From a virus (lineage: Duplodnaviria; Heunggongvirae; Uroviricota; Caudoviricetes), in IMG/VR virus record IMGVR_UViG_2537561825_000009, positions 1 to 14,336 of that record: DNA of 14,336 nt. One strand, written 5' to 3'. Both the position numbers and the translations under genes were made by a program. The notes under the pieces are model-generated. The model had not been told where the DNA came from and searched no databases. It saw only the letters and a program-made list of their open reading frames with translations. Of this stretch, positions 8,052 to 14,336 are shown piece by piece (within the stretch, counting starts at the first letter, position 1; each line of letters opens with the position of its first letter).

Positions 8052-8071
8052 AGGTCGGTCATGAGCACTAA
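7892..8071 (+). CDS. candidate small protein (59 aa, TTG start) translationally coupled to the replication gene
   Basis: Strong SD GAAGGAGA 8 nt before the TTG. Translation [59 protein letters not shown] looks like a folded domain. Its stop overlaps the start of the O-like gene by 11 nt. It falls just below the 60-aa ORF-track threshold. Confidence 0.35.
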   Translation: MRQVNRWFKDHYGVPVRVIRWEPETQRVIYLREGYEHECFSPLEQFRRKFREIEVGHEH

Positions 8072-9002
8072 ATTAACCGGCTATGTATGGGATGGTTGCG
8101 CTGCATCAGGCATGAAGTTATCCAGCGTGGCAATTATGGCCCGCCTGGCTGATTTCAGTAATGACGAAGGTGTGTGCTGGCCATCAATTGAAACCATTGC
8201 CCGTCAGATTGGCGCGGGGATGAGTACCGTCAGAACGGCTATCGCACGGCTGGAAGCAGAAGGCTGGTTAACGCGTAAGGCGCGTCGCCAGGGTAACCGC
8301 AATGCGTCGAATGTTTATCAGCTTAACGTTGCGAAGCTTCAGGCAGCGGCATTTTCTCAACTGTCAGATTCTGACCCGTCAAAATCTGACGCATCAAAAT
8401 CTGACCCGTCAAAATTTGATGCGTCGAAATCTGGCAAAAAAGCGGGTTTTCACCCGTCAGAATCTGGCGGGGATCCGTCAGTAAAATCAAAACATGATCC
8501 GTCAGATAAAAAACCTTCTCGTCCGGACGCTTCGCAACCGGACACGCAGACGGCTGAACAGGATTTTTTAACTCGCCATCCTGATGCGGTTGTATTCAGC
8601 CCTAAAAAGCGCCAGTGGGGGACGCAGGATGATTTGACCTGCGCACAGTGGCTCTGGAAAAAAATCATCGCCCTGTACGAGCAGGCTGCCGAATGTGACG
8701 GCGAGGGGGTTCGTCCCAAAGAACCGAACTGGACAGCCTGGGCAAACGAAATTCGCCTGATGTGTGTGCAGGATGGTCGTACTCACAAACAAATCTGCGA
8801 GATGTACAGCCGCGTCAGCCGCGATCCGTTCTGGTGCCGTAACGTGCTCAGCCCGTCGAAGCTGCGGGAAAAATGGGATGAGCTTTCCCTGCGCTTATCG
8901 CCGTCCGTAAGCACGTACACCGAAAAACGCGAAGACCCGTACTTCAAATCCAGTTACGACAACGTGGACTACAGCCAGATCCCGGCAGGATTCAGGGGGT
9001 GA
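8061..9002 (+). CDS. phage replication initiator, O-like (N-terminal winged-helix domain, repeat linker, C-terminal DnaT-like domain; 313 aa)
   Basis: N-terminus ...VAIMARLADFSNDEGVCWPSIETIARQIGAGMSTVRTAIARLEAEGWLTRK is a typical replication-initiator HTH. The central part is encoded by DNA iterons. The C-terminal Trp-rich region (...CAQWLWKKIIALYEQ...PNWTAWANEIRLM...) is typical of the DnaT-like domain. Confidence 0.8.
   Translation: MSTKLTGYVWDGCAASGMKLSSVAIMARLADFSNDEGVCWPSIETIARQIGAGMSTVRTAIARLEAEGWLTRKARRQGNRNASNVYQLNVAKLQAAAFSQLSDSDPSKSDASKSDPSKFDASKSGKKAGFHPSESGGDPSVKSKHDPSDKKPSRPDASQPDTQTAEQDFLTRHPDAVVFSPKKRQWGTQDDLTCAQWLWKKIIALYEQAAECDGEGVRPKEPNWTAWANEIRLMCVQDGRTHKQICEMYSRVSRDPFWCRNVLSPSKLREKWDELSLRLSPSVSTYTEKREDPYFKSSYDNVDYSQIPAGFRG
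8358..8515. repeat. origin-type iteron array inside the O-like gene (TCTGACCCGTCAAAA-like units)
   Basis: Four consecutive 15-bp units at 8370-8384, 8385-8399, 8400-8414 and 8415-8429, plus further degenerate CCGTCA-containing copies to about 8515. They encode the DPSKSDASKSDPSKFDASKS repeat in the protein. Confidence 0.7.
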
Positions 9003-9017
9003 TCATGAGTCTGTTAA

Positions 9018-9536
9018 ATGACGTTCAGAAATTCATTGAAGCCCAAAGATATTGTTGGTGTATGGACCGTATGTCACGGGCATATTGCACCGCCAGATAT
9101 TCCGGCAGGCTTCGTGGCTGTTTTCAACAGTGATGAGGCATCGTGGCATCTCGTTGAAGACCATCGAGGTAAAACGGTTTATGACGTGGCATCAGGGGAC
9201 GCGTTATTTATTTCTGAACTCGGTCCGTTACCGGAAAATGTTACTTGGTTGTCACCGGAAGGGGAATATCAGAAGTGGAACGGCACAGCCTGGGTGAAGG
9301 ATACGGAAGCAGAAAAACTGTTCCGGATCCGGGAGGCGGAAGAAACAAAAAACAGCCTGATGCAGGTAGCCAGTGAGCATATTGCGCCGCTTCAGGATGC
9401 TGCAGATCTGGAAATCGCAACGGAGGAAGAAACCTCGTTGCTTGAAGCCTGGAAGAAGTATCGGGTGTTGCTGAATCGTGTTGATACATCAACTGCACCT
9501 GATATTGAGTGGCCTGCAATCCCTGTTATGGAATAA
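9018..9536 (+). CDS. tail fibre assembly protein (Tfa) homologue, probably a 5'-truncated remnant (172 aa)
   Basis: From [35 protein letters not shown]... to ...[17 protein letters not shown] is the conserved Tfa body as I recall it. The first ~21 residues ([21 protein letters not shown]) are unrelated, there is no good SD, and no tail fibre gene lies upstream. Confidence 0.65.
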   Translation: MTFRNSLKPKDIVGVWTVCHGHIAPPDIPAGFVAVFNSDEASWHLVEDHRGKTVYDVASGDALFISELGPLPENVTWLSPEGEYQKWNGTAWVKDTEAEKLFRIREAEETKNSLMQVASEHIAPLQDAADLEIATEEETSLLEAWKKYRVLLNRVDTSTAPDIEWPAIPVME

Positions 9537-10089
9537 TCGTTCCTGTTGTAGCCACAGTCACGTCATATACAAGAACTTGCCGGCCTAAGAAGAGTTCGTG
9601 CTGATTTTGAATATAAAATCAGCATTACAACGCCCGAAATACCCAGGCTAAAAAATTTCTTAGGACATTATCAGCTGGCGATACATAGATGGACTGGATA
9701 CTAGACCGATAGAGGCGCTGTATGCGTCATCTTGTCGTGATGCTGGCGAAGTTGTGCGAACGAAGTATTAACTTTTGCAGCCTAGCTGATTCAATTGATG
9801 CAGCCACACTAACGGGGCGCTTTTTTCCATGTAATGGTTGTAGAAGATGTTACTGAGAGGGATTAAATGAAACAGCAAATACGTCATATGTTAGAGCATG
9901 TTGTGGTTGACTGTTGAACACACCTATCACAAATGTGCTTCTTTAGAAAGAGAATTTACATAAGCAAATTGCAACATGTTTTTTTTCTGAGTAAATAGTA
10001 TGATTAACAATGCTGACTACCATTTTCTTACATGGCGAACCTAATTAAGAATTAAACGCGAGTAGATTACCCGCTTTAGAGGAGGATTT

Positions 10090-11031
10090 ATGTCCGGTTA
10101 CTGTTTTTACTCTCAGGATGCATTAGCCTTAGCCCAGGCAGCTGGTGTTGATGTAATAATAAACGAGTATGCTGAGAAGAATAAAAAACAGACATATGTT
10201 CTTTGTCGTCCCCTGTCAAATGAGGATGTAAAGTATGATTATGACCAAGCGATAGCGGTATTTTCGGCTGGTATAAAACCTTTTTTTATGAATTTAGGAG
10301 ATGACGTCGAACTCTTTGAAGAGTATCAAGAGGATTTTCTAGAGGATGTATCATATTTAGCAGAGAAATTTAAGTATCGTAGTAAAATTGGAAGAAAAAA
10401 GACATGGCAAGATTTATTTGAAGTACTTTCTGTTGGTGATGCCGATTTCAGTAAGCTGGAGGTTGAAACTAAAGAAAGTAGAATAATTGATTTGCTAATC
10501 TCGCTTATTGTGGGAAGTATTAACGATACTTCAAGAATTAATCTTGAAGCAAGTAATTTATTAGATACAATAAAATCAAAGATTATTTTATTTGATACTG
10601 ATCAAACAAAATTCGTTTTCCAAAGTGGAATTGGAAAAAAGACTGTAATACAAGGCTTGGCTGGTTCGGGGAAAACAGAACTCCTTTTACATAAATTAAA
10701 AGAGGTTTATTTAAGGAACCCTGATGCTAAAATTGCATTTACTTGTTTTAATAAAATACTTGCATCTACAATGAGAACTAGGATACCAGAGTTTTTTGAT
10801 TTTATGCGAGTGGAAAAGCAAATTGAATGGGGTACGAAACTTTTTTGTTTTAACTCTTGGGGTTTGACTAAAGATCCCTTTTCTGGGATGTATAGATATA
10901 TATGTCATTATTACGAAATTCCATTCGGTGGTTTTGGCAACGGAGATTTCGATGCTCTTTGCAAAAAAGCCATTTTGGATATAAAAAAAGTGGGCGGTCT
11001 GATGAAAAAGCTCTCGATTATGTGTTTATAG
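10090..11031 (+). CDS. UvrD-like SF1 helicase, N-terminal segment: unknown ~185-aa domain plus Walker A and motif Ia; frame ends 42 nt after an A7 tract
   Basis: Strong SD AGAGGAGGA before the ATG. Walker A GLAGSGKT at residues 189-196 and Ia-like FTCFNKILAS. GC content is clearly lower than the flanking prophage. Confidence 0.75.
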   Translation: MSGYCFYSQDALALAQAAGVDVIINEYAEKNKKQTYVLCRPLSNEDVKYDYDQAIAVFSAGIKPFFMNLGDDVELFEEYQEDFLEDVSYLAEKFKYRSKIGRKKTWQDLFEVLSVGDADFSKLEVETKESRIIDLLISLIVGSINDTSRINLEASNLLDTIKSKIILFDTDQTKFVFQSGIGKKTVIQGLAGSGKTELLLHKLKEVYLRNPDAKIAFTCFNKILASTMRTRIPEFFDFMRVEKQIEWGTKLFCFNSWGLTKDPFSGMYRYICHYYEIPFGGFGNGDFDALCKKAILDIKKVGGLMKKLSIMCL

Positions 11032-12077
11032 ATGAAAGCCAAGATTTTCCACAAAGCTTCATTGAACTATGTGAAATGGTTACATCTAAAAAACTATATG
11101 TAGCGGGCGATGTATTTCAAAATATATTTATGCCGATTAATGATAACGTGAATCGAGCAGATATAGTTCTTAAAAAATGTTATCGCACAGATCCAAAGAA
11201 CTTAATGTTTTCTCATGCACTAGGAATGGGACTTTATGAGAAACCGGTGCTTCGGTGGTTGAAAGAGACTGAGTGGGATTCTTGTGGATATAAATATAAT
11301 AAGGTTGGGGATAGAGTACATTTATCTAGGGATCCGTTAAGACGCTTTGAAGATATTCCAAAAAATCATAAAAGTACGGCTATTCATTTACTAAAAGAAG
11401 TGGATAATGGTCCTGATAAAATAGTTGAAATTATTAAGGATATTCAGGCCCGCAATCCTACTTTAGAGCAAGGAGATATAGCAGTCATTTTCCTTGATGC
11501 TAGTGGTTATATTTATGATTATATTCAATCACTAAAATCAAAAGTCAAGTTGCAGCTTGGTTGGGACTCTAATATTTCACATGAGACAAAATCAAAACAA
11601 GATGGGAAGCTTTTTATTTCCAATATAAACAATGCAAAAGGGCTTGAGTTCCCATTTGTTATTTGTTTTGCTATGAAATTAGTAAAGAGAGCAAACTTTC
11701 GAAATGCTCTGTATACTATGATGGCTAGATCTTTTTTAGAAAGCCATTTAGTTTTAAATAATGATAATGAAAATCCGGCAATGCCTACTATTATTGAAGG
11801 TTTAGATTTTCTCAATAAAAATGATTATATGGATGTAAGACTTCCGTCGGATGAGGAAATAAACAATCAAAAGGATTATATTATTTTGGATGAGTCTACC
11901 TCTATTAATCAAATGGTTAGAAAATATTGTGAAGATAAAAAATCCACACCTCGCTTAATAGCAAAAGTTACTCACACTGTAGAAACTATAATAGCAGGTC
12001 TTGATGATGATGATGTCGATGATGACTATATAAATAGATTGATTGAAATAGAATATATAAGGAATAAAAAGTTATGA
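10902..12077 (+). CDS. UvrD-like SF1 helicase, C-terminal segment (motifs II-VI) in the alternate frame; the real join is at the A7 tract 10983-10989
   Basis: Motifs DYVFIDESQDF (II), LYVAGDVFQNIF (III), CYRTD (IV), ISNINNAKGLEFPFVI (V, UvrD_C-like) and ALYTMMARSF (VI), then an acidic tail DDDDVDDD. Adding one A to the A7 run fuses the two segments into a single 662-aa protein. Confidence 0.75.
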   Translation: MSLLRNSIRWFWQRRFRCSLQKSHFGYKKSGRSDEKALDYVFIDESQDFPQSFIELCEMVTSKKLYVAGDVFQNIFMPINDNVNRADIVLKKCYRTDPKNLMFSHALGMGLYEKPVLRWLKETEWDSCGYKYNKVGDRVHLSRDPLRRFEDIPKNHKSTAIHLLKEVDNGPDKIVEIIKDIQARNPTLEQGDIAVIFLDASGYIYDYIQSLKSKVKLQLGWDSNISHETKSKQDGKLFISNINNAKGLEFPFVICFAMKLVKRANFRNALYTMMARSFLESHLVLNNDNENPAMPTIIEGLDFLNKNDYMDVRLPSDEEINNQKDYIILDESTSINQMVRKYCEDKKSTPRLIAKVTHTVETIIAGLDDDDVDDDYINRLIEIEYIRNKKL

Positions 12078-12712
12078 GTTTTTATTTCTTTAATAATGTA
12101 CCTACAGTGTACCTTGAAAAGTTCTGCGCTGTAAGAGATGCATTTTCCAATCTGGAAAATCTTCTTATTGCTGCGGAAATTATAAATACATGTCATGACT
12201 GTTGGAATAAAGAAACAAATGATTTCGATTTGCTAATAAGTACTGGTACTCATAAGCGAATTCTGGTGAGGAAACCGGATGGTTTTTTTTCTATGAATTT
12301 ACCATTTCAAGTAATTGAGTATGAAAGCAATATCTGTTTTAACTATGATGCCTATGGGCTTCCTGTTAATGCAGAGTTTATTTCTCGATGCAGGAATGTA
12401 ATAAATACTTGCAGTAATGGCGCTTTTTCTCAGGAGGCAATTGCTCTTGAATTGTGTGATAACTTTGATCGAGATATTCAAAGTGCTATAAATTATGCTG
12501 ATGCAATTTGTTCATTGTTGTTAGTTGATCATGGGTATTTTAGGTTTGATGATGATCCTAAAAATGCGAAGGATAAAGTGCATCCAAGATATCACTTTGA
12601 TTTTTTCTTCAATAATTCTACTAATGTAAAGATAGGCTGTAATACTCGTTTGGATGAATCATTTTTTTTAGAACTATTTGATGTAAATAAAGACCGCCCC
12701 TATCTGGCTTGA
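12074..12712 (+). CDS. hypothetical cysteine-rich protein (212 aa), translationally coupled to the helicase
   Basis: ATG overlaps the helicase stop (ATGA at 12074-12077). Nine Cys residues including a CHDC pair. Same low GC as the helicase. No recognisable family. Confidence 0.7.
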   Translation: MSFYFFNNVPTVYLEKFCAVRDAFSNLENLLIAAEIINTCHDCWNKETNDFDLLISTGTHKRILVRKPDGFFSMNLPFQVIEYESNICFNYDAYGLPVNAEFISRCRNVINTCSNGAFSQEAIALELCDNFDRDIQSAINYADAICSLLLVDHGYFRFDDDPKNAKDKVHPRYHFDFFFNNSTNVKIGCNTRLDESFFLELFDVNKDRPYLA

Positions 12713-12714
12713 AT

Positions 12715-12740
12715 TATAAGCGCCCATCAGGGCGCTTATA
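12715..12740. other. very stable hairpin (11-bp perfect stem TATAAGCGCCC / GGGCGCTTATA, 4-nt loop) 3 bp after the 212-aa gene
   Basis: Read directly from the sequence. There is no U-tract on either strand, so it is not a canonical intrinsic terminator. Confidence 0.6.
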
Positions 12741-13162
12741 GGGTGAGATGAGTATTATAAAGAGTCTGTTTTGGGTAGTGTTTTTATAAATATTTACATA
12801 TATCATAACTTTTGCCAATGTAATATTTGAATTCTTCTATTACGTATTTAAGTATCGTTTGGCTTTTTTTCTTTGGCTATCCTGCACTCAATAAGCATAA
12901 AAATCCATTTACATTGTTTTTGCATATGACATGTTTTTAATTGTTCGAATGGATCGTGTTAGTACTATTTTATCTGGTAAAAAGCAGATGTAGATATTAG
13001 GAAGTTTTTTTTGAATGATAATGGAGCAATTAAGATTTTTTATTCTAACCATTCCCTAGAAATACTCTGCCTAAAAAATAGACATAATATGGCAACCATA
13101 ATAGGCCGGTTTTTGGTGGCATGAAAGGATTTTTAATCCTTGTGCCTGACACCTTATCATGA

Positions 13163-14031
13163 TTATGAAAGACCGTAGTATTTATTTAGCGCGGTGGTAG
13201 CGGCTTGAGTTGCTACAGCTATTCCTATACCCAAAATACCATGGGCTGCTTTACTTGCAATATTTGCCAGCCATTTACTAACAGATTGACCGTATTCATC
13301 ACGTCTGTTAGCTATCGGGCCATCTTCACCAATAGCAATTTCTAAATCGTTTACATCAGATTTAGGAAACCCCTGAGCTAAGAGATATTCTTTTAATGAT
13401 TCAATGTTGTTTTTTACGATATGGTTATTCACAGAAAATGAGTTTTCATTTCCGAAGTTTATAACAGTATTGTCTCCAAAAATTGAGTTATGAAACAATG
13501 AAGACGTGTCGATATTTTTAAGTTTTTCTGTCATGTTTTTCTCATCTGATATTTCAGAAACTTGATCAGAAAGTTCAAGTATAAAATCAAGTAGCCGTGA
13601 TCTGACCTGAGTTAAGATGGAAGTGAAGTTATGTAGCGCGATCTCTTTATAACAGCATGTTAACTCATAGCCTCTATCGATACCTTTGCAATATTTAACT
13701 AATGCATAATCTAAAGGAATTGGCTGCTGCAGGGTATGGCTATCACCAGCATTGGTTACTAGGTCTTCGATTTGACTGATTGAAAGTCTAACTTTACTGG
13801 TTGTAGCATCTTCATAGTCATCTTCACTGAGATAGCCAATCGGTAAAGGAAAAGCTCTATATAGGCGAATGCCATTGTTCAGATCTGCAAGAATTCTTGT
13901 GCCAACAATTCTATAATCGGGAAGGGAAACTGAATCAGAATAACCGTTTATCTCATGATTTACCCATGCAGCAAGCTCCTTTTTCCCGATAGAGAAAAGA
14001 AGGATCTTTGTTTTTATGAGAGCATCTGTTG
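13163..14031 (-). pseudogene. 3' fragment (at least 289 codons) of a gene for a protein with a C-terminal glycine-zipper TM helix; 5' end interrupted by the IS66-family element
   Basis: Minus-strand frame is open without any stop from the IS end (14031) to the TAA at 13163. In-frame ATG/GTG/TTG are absent for 165 codons upstream of the Met at 13534. C-terminus is ...WLANIASKAAHGILGIGIAVATQAATTALNKYYGLS. Confidence 0.6.
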
Positions 14032-14336
14032 GTAAGCGGCTCGTCAGAACCGTATTGATATTTACTGAGAGCTCAGATCAACTTTCCAGGGCAACAGATC
14101 GCGTACCCGGTTTGCCGGCCAGTCCTGGATATGTTCAATGACGTAGCGCAGCCACTTTTCTGGCTCCACATTGTTCAGACGGCATGTGCCGATCAGCGAG
14201 TACAACACCGCCGCATGTTCACCACCGCTGTCGGAACCCGCGAACATCCACTTTTTCCGGCCTACGGCCACTCCCCGTAAGGCGTTCTCTGCGATGTTGT
14301 TGTCGATTTCCACCCAGCCATTACTGCAGTACACGT
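14032..14336 (-). mobile_element. IS66-family insertion sequence, terminal ~300 bp (rest beyond window end)
   Basis: Terminus begins GTAAGCGGCTCGTC at 14032, the GTAAGCG end typical of IS66-family inverted repeats, 30 bp outside the transposase stop. Confidence 0.7.
14062..14336 (-). CDS. IS66-family transposase (TnpC), C-terminal part; 5' end beyond window
   Basis: ...VEIDNNIAENALRGVAVGRKKWMFAGSDSGGEHAAVLYSLIGTCRLNNVEPEKWLRYVIEHIQDWPANRVRDLLPWKV matches the conserved IS66 TnpC C-terminal region as I recall it. Confidence 0.85.
   Translation of the reverse strand, partial: VYCSNGWVEIDNNIAENALRGVAVGRKKWMFAGSDSGGEHAAVLYSLIGTCRLNNVEPEKWLRYVIEHIQDWPANRVRDLLPWKVDLSSQ

Noticed and set aside
8302-8792. 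Alternative-frame ORFs (60, 89, 74 aa) within the O-like gene
   Set aside because: Generated by the iteron repeat region read in other frames (for example QNLTHQNLTRQNL) and antisense frames. The O-like frame has clear domain signatures.
9052-9519. 81-aa plus and 92-aa minus ORFs overlapping the Tfa remnant
   Set aside because: Alternative frames of DNA whose main frame carries the conserved Tfa sequence.
9640-9790. Possible DNA invertase (Pin/Gin-type) remnant downstream of tfa, as in e14/Mu-type tail-fibre inversion modules
   Set aside because: No reading frame in this stretch gives a recognisable recombinase sequence; the only short frame ends ...PIEALYASSCRDAGEVVRTKY and does not match the invertase C-terminal HTH as I recall it.
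10711-12481. Minus-strand ORFs (65, 96, 60 aa) within the helicase and partner genes
   Set aside because: Antisense to genes with clear SF1 helicase motifs; Lys/Ile/Phe-rich sequences typical of reverse frames in AT-rich DNA.
1-14336. CRISPR array
   Set aside because: No regularly spaced direct repeats with unique spacers anywhere. The only tandem repeats are the ori iterons (8358-8515) and the 13-bp pair at 5360-5405.

Overview
The window runs from the 3' end of proA and tRNA-Thr (thrW) into the left arm of a cryptic, mosaic lambdoid prophage integrated at thrW. Reading left to right: a P22-type int/xis pair; a minus-strand early-left operon whose five ORFs match the yfdP-yfdQ-yfdR-yfdS-yfdT arrangement in size and order; a GC-rich, hairpin-dense non-coding stretch; a plus-strand moron with its own terminator; a cI (S24 peptidase) / Cro (YdaS-like) / CII-like immunity switch; and an O-like replication initiator with internal iterons. 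The prophage then breaks off: the O-like gene is followed directly by a 5'-truncated tail-fibre-assembly remnant, with no P, Q, lysis or structural genes. Beyond that lies an AT-rich cargo island (about 9850-14031) that is the best candidate for an undescribed system: a compact UvrD-like SF1 helicase with an unknown ~185-aa N-terminal domain, split by a frameshift at an A7 tract; a translationally coupled cysteine-rich 212-aa partner; and a convergent gene with a C-terminal glycine-zipper helix whose 5' end is cut by an IS66-family element at the window edge. All calls rest on reading the sequence and recalled family motifs; no database search was possible.
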